Source of the DNA: an uncultured Verrucomicrobiales bacterium
GTDB taxonomy: Bacteria > Verrucomicrobiota > Verrucomicrobiia > Verrucomicrobiales > DEV007
Length of the DNA: 16,547 nucleotides
Reading direction: 5' to 3'
NCBI GenBank assembly: GCA_938091905.1
Contig: CALKOM010000139.1
Span: 1-16,547, forward strand
Position 1 is the stretch's first letter; the number at the start of each line of letters is the position of its first letter. The notes below the pieces were generated by a model. The model did no database searches, had not been told where the DNA came from, and saw only the letters and a list, made by a program, of their open reading frames with translations. The translations under genes and the position numbers were made by a program. This document shows positions 1 through 9,600 of this stretch, piece after piece.

Positions 1-103
1 GGCGCAACTTGGCCCACGTAGCCGAATCAATAAGATATTTGTCAGTCATAGAAGTGGATCTGCAAGCGCTATATATCACCATCGTGAACTGACAGTCAAT
101 GAG

Positions 104-976
104 TTAGTGCTCTAAGCGAATTAATGGATTAGCCCTAGCGAGCAATCCTGCAAGTCGTGAGTAGGTGTTATCAACAGGCTTGCTCGTGTCGGGTTTCGGT
201 CCGTCAGATTCTGCGTTGGGAATGGACGCGTTCGGACTCTCCTCAATTTCGCTAGGGTTTAACGCGAGTATGCCAACCGTGGTTAGGGCGGTGACTGTAA
301 CAGCGATGAGAGCCACTGGCACCCAATGGCGGGGCTGCTTCTTCGGCTTGGCTAGGCCGCCAAGTTTCGTTTGGCCTGGTGTCTGCTCAGACGGATCAGA
401 AGCGGCATCTGAAAGCTGCGGCTTCTCTCGGCGTTTCATTTCGCCCGAGGCGGGATTGCCTCCCTGCGATGGCTTTGGAAAGAGATCTTTTAGAGGCGCT
501 TCAGCAGGTTTGTGATCAACTGGAGGAAGACCGGCACGCTGATCGGAAGGTGTCTGAGCTGCGTCAGCGGGCATGGGTGGAGTTGTGGGAGAGGTCTGTT
601 CCTGAGGTCCCACTGTCGTCTGTGGCGGTGTTGGAGCTGCGGCCGTCGGAATGGCTGGGCTGGCTAGGCTCGAAGGGGGGGCTGGCCGTCATGCTCAAAC
701 TTCAATTCAAGGCTGCCAATTCGGACGGATTCCCCTCCATGAAGCACCTGTTGTTGAACGGGAGCTCCGTTAATATAGATACCAAGGATAGGTACCAAGG
801 CCGGTTCCGCTGTCTTCGATGACCACTGCCCCGTCCTTCTGGAGAAAGGTGACGTGATGCCCAGCGACTCCTAAGCCTCCTTGAATAGGGACATCATTGG
901 TCGTCGCCGTGCCGATGCGGCAAGGGAGACCTGGCAACGCAAGAGCGTGGCCGCTGGGGGCGATGAGTTTGGGCAT
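104..976 (-). pseudogene. FHA-like domain membrane protein (FHA - Pro-rich linker - single TM helix), disrupted by two frameshifts
   Basis: ORF 770..976 encodes the N-half of an FHA fold (RIG...NDVPI...VAGHH...IEDSGTGLGTY). The C-half (INGAPVQQQVLHGGESVRIGSLELKFE) continues in another frame after a 13-bp tandem duplication at 775-800. A second shift near the G7 run at 675-681 returns to the frame of ORF 104..613 (Pro-rich linker, TM segment WVPVALIAVTVTALTTVGILAL). The repaired gene would be about 286 aa. A sequencing or assembly error cannot be excluded. Confidence 0.8.
775..800. repeat. 13-bp tandem duplication, 1 mismatch
   Basis: ATAGATACCAAGG (775-787) is followed directly by ATAGGTACCAAGG (788-800). 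Confidence 0.95.
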
Positions 977-1071
977 TGTGGAGTCGATCCTTTATACAAT
1001 TTCAATACAAATTAGAATTGTTCAAGGGTCAATGCCCACAACTGTTAATGGATCTCACTCCATCTAGTATT

Positions 1072-4000
1072 TCAGAGGGTTTTGAGGGTGTCGATCATCC
1101 CTTCAGGCAACTTTGAGTGCCAGGCGTTCAGCCGCTGGAGGATCTTACCAGACTCTACTTCTTGAGAAATCTCTGAAATACTAACGGCCTCGGCCGTGAT
1201 CTCTAGATCGAAGCCCATGTCTGAACTGTCCGGATCATTTTGATGCACTTCCGCAGCGATGATGTTCACCCCAGAAACGAGTCGCTCTGCTGAGAACGTC
1301 GTCGTGAAGAACTCGTTCTCTTGGCTGGATCCGCGGGATTCCGGAGCCAAACTTTCCGGTGTGATCGTGCCGCGCGGCATGTTGTTCTGCAAGACAACTT
1401 TGTTATTGAGATAGACAATGACGCCATCGTCGTGAAGAACGCCGAGGGCCAATTCGTCGAAATCGCCGGGATTCTCTACCTGAAAGACTTTTCTGAAGTA
1501 GGCCGTGATGGGTTTGTTTTCCTTATCGTCGCCGTAGTTGAGGATGGTGGTCTCGTCTTTGTCTCCATAGCCGAGGGGGGCCGCTCCCTTCTTCCACTCG
1601 GTCGTCATTGGGAAATTCTGCCACCGCCAATGAGGCCTACTGATTCCGCCATGCTGGTAGTGATAGTCCCACATTAGACCTTTTGAGAGGATCGTCTTCT
1701 TCTTACCTCCGAGTCCTAGAGCTAGCATGCCGCGAGCAAGGTCTTGTTTCGTGCCCTTGAACAGGTCTTTGTCGAATTCGATCTTGGCTTGGTCTAGTTT
1801 AGCGTAAATGTAGACGCTTAGTTTAAGAAAGGAGAGCCCGCGAATGTAGTCAGATCGATCCATCAGTGCGCTTCCCTGAGCGCCAAGGACCTCTGCGATG
1901 GTGCCCCAACTGTCGCTATGTCTTTCGTTTTGACGAAGATGAGCGCGTGAATCTGCTAAGAGTTGATCGAGTCTTGATGGCGAAGCGAGGTAACGCTGGC
2001 GGCTGCGTTTGGTTATGGCTTCGAACTCGCTTTTCAGATTTGAGTCCAGCCGTCCTCTATCAAAAAAATTAACCCAAGCGGCAGCCGCATCCACGCGGTT
2101 CATTTCTAGCAGGAGCTCTGTCTTTGCGATGTGAAAGCGTGTGTAGTTCTTACGGTCTGATTTGGGTGAATGGACCACCGCCTGCAGGTAATTTAGGATG
2201 GCTTCTTCGCTCTGCCCAGCCTTGGCTTGGTAGTCGGCAAGTTCACCAAAAGCCGTGCCGTGCCGTGGATTCATCTCTGCCCATTCAGGACCATACTTCA
2301 GGATTTCTTCGACCTTGAGCGCGTTCAGCTCGATCATCTGTTCGTAGACAGACGTTTGGCTTGAGCGGGAAACATAATTCTTCGCTTCTTCTGGGATCGA
2401 TGTGGCGACGAAGAGATTGTTAAGCAAGCGGGCTCGTTGGTCTTCTGGTAGGGAAGAATCTTGGAAGCGATCGCGTAGCAGGAATATCACTGGCTCAAGA
2501 TTTGTCTGTGAAACGAGGTTGCCCATGGTTTTGAGTTCTAAATTAGACAACCATTCTTGGTATTCTTGGCCTTGGCCTGCGAGCACGTGCATGGCAATAT
2601 TGCCGACTAGGCATTCGTCGCGGCCATTCCAATAGACATTGTTAGACATTTCTCCCAGCTTCTTAAGCAGTGGAAGGTAAGAGGCGGCTTGAGCAGGTTC
2701 GATCTTGGTGACGTCTGTGAAGACACTCTTGGGGAAGCCTTTGCAATAAGTTTCAAGGAGTTGCTGCGCGTCACCGCGTTGGGGATCGGTCTCGGCGAGC
2801 ATGGATGTGAGAAGACGGGCGAACCCTGCTGGATTGTTCTTCGAGGCGTCTTTCACATAGTTGTTGAGCAGTGCCTGTCGCGAGGCTGACAGTTCCGTGT
2901 CGCGCCAATTCGATAAGGTCGCATAATCTAACTGATCGCCAAAGTGGGTGATGGCTGGCCGGATCTTGTCGGTCACGCCGTTGAGCGCACAGAGCCAACT
3001 CAGAGTGTGCTCTGCCAAGTAGGGGCTCGCAAAGGTAATACGATCGTAGCGCTCATTAATTGCTGCCAGGCGTTCCCGGCGAATCGGAATACCATCGTCA
3101 GCCGCACGGTCTTGAAGGCCGCTGACCAGCAACTCTGCGAATAACCTTTCGCCTGGGGCGTCTACTTTGGTTAGGCAGGCTTGCAAGCGATCCCATAGTG
3201 CCTTGTTCATCTGAGCGTTCCCCAACGCTGGTTGGCCGTTGGATCTTGATGAACTCGTGTAATACTCTTGCGGCCGACCATTGATCATCTGCACGACGCG
3301 CCGGGAGCGATTTCGTGTACCCTGAGGCAGCGGGGGCATGGACAGGTAGGCCCAAGGAAGCGCGGCGGCAGCCTGTTTTGGACTGCCATTCTGCAAGACC
3401 ATGATGAAGAAGCCAGGCTGGCGCTGCACGACTTGTGGTAAATCGTGCAACCAGGATGCCGTGTCGATGCCATAGCTTGCATCTAGTTGGATGATTTTTT
3501 GAACGAGTGATAGACCGATGCCGGTTTTCCCGAAATGCGGGGTCCAGATGTCCAAGAACCTTTTGGTTAACCGTTGTTGCTCGGGTTGCGGTTTCGGCTG
3601 GCTCAACAATCTTATGAGAAAGGTGCCCGCTTGCTTGCTTGGGATCACCACCTTGTCAGTCTTCCAAGCCTGCTCGTAGACGGAGATCGCGGTTTCGACC
3701 AATTGCCAGGCGTTGAGTTCGACCGCGATGGGAGCGACGATACCGGCCGCTTCGATACGGAGCGCCACGCTTTGGTTTGCATCTTGCAATAAAGCACACC
3801 AAAGAGCCTGGCTTTCAGCGTTTGCAGCAAGTGCCAATGAAGAGGAGGCAAGCCACGCCTTGGCTAACTCGGATTCTTCAGTTGCCGCCCACGATTGGAT
3901 GCCTTTGATAACATTAGGCTCTAAAGTTGCGAATCTCTCAAGGAACAGAGGTGTCAATCGAGTATCATATCTATTGGTGCTCGCCTGAAGAAAGTCTGCC

Positions 4001-6660
4001 GCATCTTTGCTCGGCTCGCTGAAGTCGAGCTGAGTCATGACGTTGCGCAATTGCTGGAGCATGGTCTCTCCAAGGGGCTTCGGCTCCAAGTCGTCCAGGG
4101 CATAGCAGTGCACGACGAGTCCGAGTTTGGACGCAGCTCCGCCGCTTGTTAGCCAGTTTGAAAGCATGCTTCCAAGTTGCGCCTGAGGAAAGCCGTTCGG
4201 GCTATGAGGGAAAGGCTGTTTCGCGAGCTTGAGATAGTGCTTGATGATCGGTGTGAATTCTTCAGCTGAACTGATGGGCAGTTTTTGCAAAATTTGGCTA
4301 GTCACATAATCGAGGCTGGCATTTTGCTCAATCGACTGGCGGTTAGCAATGTTGAGAAAGTCCTCGGCAGTGGCCACTTGTTGCTGTGACCCCATCTGTA
4401 TCTGCATCTGTTGGCGTTGATTGTTGAGCCTACCATCGCTTCTTGCAGGTTCATACCAGGCCGTGACCTTTGGAGCCGATCTTTTAAGCGAGGATGATAG
4501 GCTGTTCATGCTTATGTATTGAGCATAGCCATAGCGAAGCGCCTTCTGTCGCTCTTCGGGAAGCTTGAGTACGCGATCCATGAATTGTTCAAAGGCGTTT
4601 GTGACGGCCGTTCGTTGCGACGACGTGCCGGACGACGCATTCATCGAAGCGATGAGTATTGCACGGCCCAGGGTCTTCTTCGGTTCTGCCTCGACCAGTG
4701 AGAGGATCGTTTGTTTGTCGTCTGATCCAAGTCGTCCAAGATTGTAGAGGAGGTACCCGAAGACAGAGTTTCTCGTGATGTTCATCATTGGGACAAAGTC
4801 TAGCGTTTCCACACTGTTGAGGAACCCCATCTCTTTAATGAAGGTGAACACTTCTCGCGATTGGTTTTGAAAACGATAGTAGCGCAGATTGTTCTGAACT
4901 TGGTTTCGAATCTGGTAATCATTTGGATGAAGTAGATTTAGAGCTGCGGCCTTCTTAAGTGGCGGGGCGGCCATGGCAGGAGACTGTATCATTTGGCCTA
5001 AGAAGGCTGCGTAGTTGTGGATCGAGTTTCCAATTGACGTGAGATTGTGATGGTTTGGCTGGTAGTGCCGCTTGATGAACGCTGCTTGTCCATCAACAGG
5101 GCCTAGCATCGCGACAGCAGCGTCGTTGATGAACTTTGAAAACGCCGCGGTCCCTTTCAAGGATTGTGTCTGTCCATAGCTGTAGACGAACTGGGGCGAT
5201 TGATAGTTCTCATTGCGAATCGCCTCGAAGTAGGCCATCAAGAGGGGCCCTAAATCTGCATCTGATTCTTGTGCTGCCACCATTTCCAGAAGGCGTCGCA
5301 TCAGATTGCCCACAGCGACGTCGGGATAGCCTTTCTTGATGATGGCCACGGCTTGATCCATGAACGCATTATTGGGTGCCTTCGATAACGCTAACATTTC
5401 CTTGAGAAAGTTAGCTGTTTTGGCACGTCCGGCGGCTTCTAGCGCTGGAATGACTGTCTTCTGGAGGTGGGTGGCATTATTTTCCTGTAGAGACAATGAC
5501 AGTAAGAATTCTGCGGGGGAAAGAAAAGGCACCCAATTTTCTCGATAGTTGGACAGATAACCCTGGCTGTTGATTGGAAGCGATTCTGGTCGCTCGGGTA
5601 TGTCGGCTTGCTCGATGAGAAGTTGCTGCGCCATCTGTTTAAACGCTGGCAGCTTGGCTTCGTCTTTCGCTGCCAAACCTGAAAGCCGTTGGAAGCCAAT
5701 TGTGGAGAACTGTGGTAGGGCGATTAGCGCACGGCATAGCCTCTCATGGATATCCGCACGTCTTGTTTCGATAAGGCGTGAGGCTGCCTCTTGATCGTCA
5801 TTGTCGTAGCCCACGGATCTGGTTGAGGTTGCGTAGAGATCGTTGAACCGAATCTCATTGCTCCAAATACCCTGACCGATCGAGTCGTCCAAGAGCATGA
5901 GAAGCCAATCTGCTGGTATGTAAGTGCTGGGATCGACCTTTTCAAAATAGACGGCGAGAGCTTCGACATAGTCGAGACGTTGATCATACTGATTCTCTGT
6001 CTTCGACTGCACACGATTTGATAGTTCTTGACCTAACAAGACGAGCCCCGGCTTGCTAATTCCAGAGAGGGCCTCAAGGCCTAATGCCTGATGACCGGAT
6101 TCAATCGCGAGAATAGTCAACTTTGCTCGAACGCCGTCGTGCTCTGAGTTAGCAACAAGTGCCGACTGATAACCTTGGAGAGCCTTATCTGTATCTTGCA
6201 GCATCTCAGCCACTGCAGCGTGGGCGATGACATCTTCGATTGCTGAATCACCCATTGGCTGGAGGGTAGCGAGAATACCGTCGGCTAATCCATACACTTT
6301 GGCGAAAGATCCAAAGTTCATTTCGCTGTTGTAGGCGGTTCTTTTGGTAGGATCGATCTCCAGGAAGGGGCTGACCAGGCTCGCTAGGTGCTTCGCCGAT
6401 TCCGTAATCGCTGCGGGTCTATTGTTAGTGTAGAGTAATTTTAGGATTTCAGCGCTCTTGCTAGTCTGAACAAGAATGGGCTCTAATTGCAGTGGAGTGC
6501 TGTCAGCCCGATTTGTAGGGACAACCGAAGGCTGTTCGCCAGCCTGGCGGAAGAGGTTGCGGACGCCGCTAAAAGGGTCATTCCGTTGAGCGATCGAGGA
6601 TGATCCCGTTATCATGATCACAGTGACGCTAGCCACCAATACATTTGCCGTTCTTCTCAT
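1072..6660 (-). CDS. Giant secreted alpha-helical/TPR-containing protein with C-terminal galactose-binding-like (jelly-roll) domain
   Basis: Uninterrupted 1862-aa ORF with a signal-peptide-like N-terminus (MRRTANVLVASVTVIMITGSSSIA). TPR-like segments lie at about 6075-6230 and about 2085-2275 (NPRHGTAFGELADYQAKAGQSEEAILNYLQAV). The C-terminal domain at about 1195-1695 has the motif series WKKGAAPLGYG / TAYFRKVF / HDDGVIVYLN / GVNIIAAEVHQ...SSDMGFDL, which is common in PVC secreted proteins. Confidence 0.88.
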   Translation of the reverse strand: MRRTANVLVASVTVIMITGSSSIAQRNDPFSGVRNLFRQAGEQPSVVPTNRADSTPLQLEPILVQTSKSAEILKLLYTNNRPAAITESAKHLASLVSPFLEIDPTKRTAYNSEMNFGSFAKVYGLADGILATLQPMGDSAIEDVIAHAAVAEMLQDTDKALQGYQSALVANSEHDGVRAKLTILAIESGHQALGLEALSGISKPGLVLLGQELSNRVQSKTENQYDQRLDYVEALAVYFEKVDPSTYIPADWLLMLLDDSIGQGIWSNEIRFNDLYATSTRSVGYDNDDQEAASRLIETRRADIHERLCRALIALPQFSTIGFQRLSGLAAKDEAKLPAFKQMAQQLLIEQADIPERPESLPINSQGYLSNYRENWVPFLSPAEFLLSLSLQENNATHLQKTVIPALEAAGRAKTANFLKEMLALSKAPNNAFMDQAVAIIKKGYPDVAVGNLMRRLLEMVAAQESDADLGPLLMAYFEAIRNENYQSPQFVYSYGQTQSLKGTAAFSKFINDAAVAMLGPVDGQAAFIKRHYQPNHHNLTSIGNSIHNYAAFLGQMIQSPAMAAPPLKKAAALNLLHPNDYQIRNQVQNNLRYYRFQNQSREVFTFIKEMGFLNSVETLDFVPMMNITRNSVFGYLLYNLGRLGSDDKQTILSLVEAEPKKTLGRAILIASMNASSGTSSQRTAVTNAFEQFMDRVLKLPEERQKALRYGYAQYISMNSLSSSLKRSAPKVTAWYEPARSDGRLNNQRQQMQIQMGSQQQVATAEDFLNIANRQSIEQNASLDYVTSQILQKLPISSAEEFTPIIKHYLKLAKQPFPHSPNGFPQAQLGSMLSNWLTSGGAASKLGLVVHCYALDDLEPKPLGETMLQQLRNVMTQLDFSEPSKDAADFLQASTNRYDTRLTPLFLERFATLEPNVIKGIQSWAATEESELAKAWLASSSLALAANAESQALWCALLQDANQSVALRIEAAGIVAPIAVELNAWQLVETAISVYEQAWKTDKVVIPSKQAGTFLIRLLSQPKPQPEQQRLTKRFLDIWTPHFGKTGIGLSLVQKIIQLDASYGIDTASWLHDLPQVVQRQPGFFIMVLQNGSPKQAAAALPWAYLSMPPLPQGTRNRSRRVVQMINGRPQEYYTSSSRSNGQPALGNAQMNKALWDRLQACLTKVDAPGERLFAELLVSGLQDRAADDGIPIRRERLAAINERYDRITFASPYLAEHTLSWLCALNGVTDKIRPAITHFGDQLDYATLSNWRDTELSASRQALLNNYVKDASKNNPAGFARLLTSMLAETDPQRGDAQQLLETYCKGFPKSVFTDVTKIEPAQAASYLPLLKKLGEMSNNVYWNGRDECLVGNIAMHVLAGQGQEYQEWLSNLELKTMGNLVSQTNLEPVIFLLRDRFQDSSLPEDQRARLLNNLFVATSIPEEAKNYVSRSSQTSVYEQMIELNALKVEEILKYGPEWAEMNPRHGTAFGELADYQAKAGQSEEAILNYLQAVVHSPKSDRKNYTRFHIAKTELLLEMNRVDAAAAWVNFFDRGRLDSNLKSEFEAITKRSRQRYLASPSRLDQLLADSRAHLRQNERHSDSWGTIAEVLGAQGSALMDRSDYIRGLSFLKLSVYIYAKLDQAKIEFDKDLFKGTKQDLARGMLALGLGGKKKTILSKGLMWDYHYQHGGISRPHWRWQNFPMTTEWKKGAAPLGYGDKDETTILNYGDDKENKPITAYFRKVFQVENPGDFDELALGVLHDDGVIVYLNNKVVLQNNMPRGTITPESLAPESRGSSQENEFFTTTFSAERLVSGVNIIAAEVHQNDPDSSDMGFDLEITAEAVSISEISQEVESGKILQRLNAWHSKLPEGMIDTLKTL

Positions 6661-6696
6661 AGAAATTTTGGGTCAGGATTGCGCCACTTGCTTCGC

Positions 6697-9600
6697 TTAC
6701 TTGCCAGGTGTGCCGCCAATCTCGTCGCTTGGCTGCCAGGCCTTCTTGGTTGCCAGTTGTTTGCTGCTAAGATCGGATAGAGTGAGAGAATAACCCTTTC
6801 CATCAGTGGTCTTGTGCCACTTGTCCTTGTAGTTAAATTCGATTAAGGTTTCGCCTGAGACTGTTTCTAAAGATAGACGCTCGCCGCTATTGCTGAGTTT
6901 GCCTTTGTATTCTCCAATGATCGTCGCCTCCGTGCCGTAGCGTGTGGTAAACGCCTGGCGGTCCTTCACGACGACTCCTCGAGAATGTGGTTCCAATTGG
7001 AGGTCGGAAAACTCGTGTTCAATACCACTGACAAAGGCCAGAGTCGCAAGTGAAACCGGTTGATCTGAGACGTTGGCAAGCTCGATGAACTCTTCGTCTT
7101 CGACTGTCGAAGGATGATAGTGTATCTCGGATATGCGTATGTTAGATGAGGGCGGCGGAGAGCCTGCGCGCTCTGTTGAGACTCCTACGCCGGGGCTCGG
7201 CCTGGCGTAGATGAGAGAACCGTCATCCGCTCGACCTTGAGAAATACCACTTGCCTGCGGTCCATAGATCACGAAGTCGACCATCATGCCATTTCGATCG
7301 AAGAGACCGATGGCCTCACCCTCATTGCTAAGGCGGAAGTCTAGGTGGTTGGCACCTTTCTTCGGAGAGCCATCGGCTAAGAAGACTTGGCTGCTCTCTG
7401 CGGCGATGAAGGAAAGGGGAGTAAGGGGATTCCACACAGACTTATTGGGTATGCGATCCGTGATCGTCATACCGCCCAGGTCGACCGCAATCTTGGATGC
7501 GTTTGTGAGTTCGAGAAACTCGTCGGGTGATCGTACATCAGGGATTGCGAACCATTCTGTGAAGCGTAACAACTTGGATTCTCCTAACGGCAAGAATGAG
7601 TTCGCCGTCTTCGGCGTGGGCGTCGAAAGTGTCCATGATCCCTCCTCAGATCTGCTGATGGAGTGATCTGCGAGTTGCAGGCCGAAAGTCACCGAATCGA
7701 TGATTTTGTCGTCGCGGGAGAGATAGACGGTATCACCGTCACCGCTGAGAGCGAAGCCCTGATCATCCTTCGTCGCAGTGACCAGGTGAAAACCCCCAGG
7801 CGCTACGATAGTCTCTTTGGGGAATGTGTATTCAGACAGTTTGTCAGGATGGTCGCTGAGCGAAAACCCGCCTAAATCCAAAGGCTCGATACCGAGATTC
7901 TGGATCTCAATGTAATCGTTGTACTTGCCTTTAATCTTGTGTGCAGATTCGTTGATGGCTAACACTTCGCTTAGAACGAGCGCAGGCAAACCTGGAACGA
8001 TCTCAAATGGCCGTGATTCTGTGGCCTGCTCCTCTGATTGCCAGCGACCCGATACGTGATTGCCGACGATGCGGACGACATGTTTGCCGGGTGAGAGGTT
8101 GAGAGTGAGGTCGTGAGAGTCTTGACCACCCATAGAAACGGGAGCCGTCCATTCTTCATCGTCCACTTGATATCGAAAGGCGGCGAGTCCCTCGCCTCCG
8201 ATCTGAAAGCGGACATTGCCATTGGATGTTTTTGATGGCGGTTGTGATAGATATCGACAATCGGCTGCGGGCAGATCCCTTTGTGCGAGACTCGCGACCA
8301 AAGTTGCTCCCTTTCCACCGGTCGCTCGGTTTCGCGTGGCAACCACTTCCGTAGCCGAAGTCTTCCAAAGTGCACCAGTCGTGCTGGAGGCGACGTTGAA
8401 GTCGCATCCATCAATGAAGCCTTGCTTGAGTGACATGACAGGTGCGGACGCTTGCTGGAACGTGCAGGCAAAGGCATCTACGTTTCCCTTAACTGCGTGA
8501 ACCGCAGGGGCAGTCCCTTCTCGAGAGAGTTGAGAACGAATGAGAGTGACGCTTCCGCTAGTCTTGATCAATGGGGTCGGCGTGTCTCCCAGTTGAGTTA
8601 GCTTCGAGTCTTCAATAGTGACACTCCTTTTGCCGCTGATCGAAAAGTTGGTCCCACCTTGCATGTTGACGTTTGAGAGGTGGAGGTTTCCTGCAGCAAT
8701 GATTGGACCGTCTACGTTAAACCAGTCGACCTCGCTAAGTTTTGTAGCCTTGGGTAGCATGATGCGCTGCCAGCCCGGGCCTTGGGGATCTCCTGGATTC
8801 TTGGCGAAAGTGACACGGCTCATCGTCTCTCCCTCGACTCGCAGATTACCCATAATATCAAGGCTCGCTTCTTTGCCTGCATAGACGGTGGTGCCGCCTT
8901 GAATCACGAGTGTGGCAGTCTCAGGGACCAAGACTGCGCCATCGATCAAGTAAGGCCCCTCTTCGGGTGTCCAGGTGATGGTGGTATTGTCAGGTAGGCT
9001 ATTGTGAACTTTAATGACCTTCCCGCTGTCGAGCCAGACGCGCATGAGTTGTTCTTCGACCACATCGCCTTCGTCATTGAGCATGACTACCGGGATCTGG
9101 TTCATGCCTGGTCGGACGAGTTTTTGGAGGCGATCTGGAGGCATGATCCACATGCCGGTTTCCTTGAAGATCTTTGGTTCTTCGCCGCCGACGCTGACTC
9201 TTGTGACCGTGCGGTAATCGAAGCGACCGTAGAGCGCGAAGGTCGCGGATGGAGCTTTGTAGAATGCGCCCTCTTGCTCGAGCGTTGACGCCACAACCGT
9301 AGAAGACTGAATCTGACTGAGGACATTGGCGATTCGGTCGACGACGAAACCTTTCACTTTCTTAATCTGAGTGTCAGGAACCCATCCAGACCATTGCTCG
9401 TCAATCAACCGATGGATAATCTTCGGCCGATAAGTGGTCTCTGTTAGGCGGATAATGGAATCTGTGTAGAGCTTGAGGAAACGTGAATTCTTGAAGATCG
9501 CTCGTAGGCCAGACATGTTGCCATAACCAAAGACGTCCTTGCCGATTCTTTGACCATCATCACCCATGCCCAGGATAGAATCGAGGTCATAGGGGATGAA

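Noticed and set aside
165..822. Plus-strand ORFs 165..515 and 379..822
   Set aside because: Antisense shadows of the FHA-like gene with no recognisable motifs.
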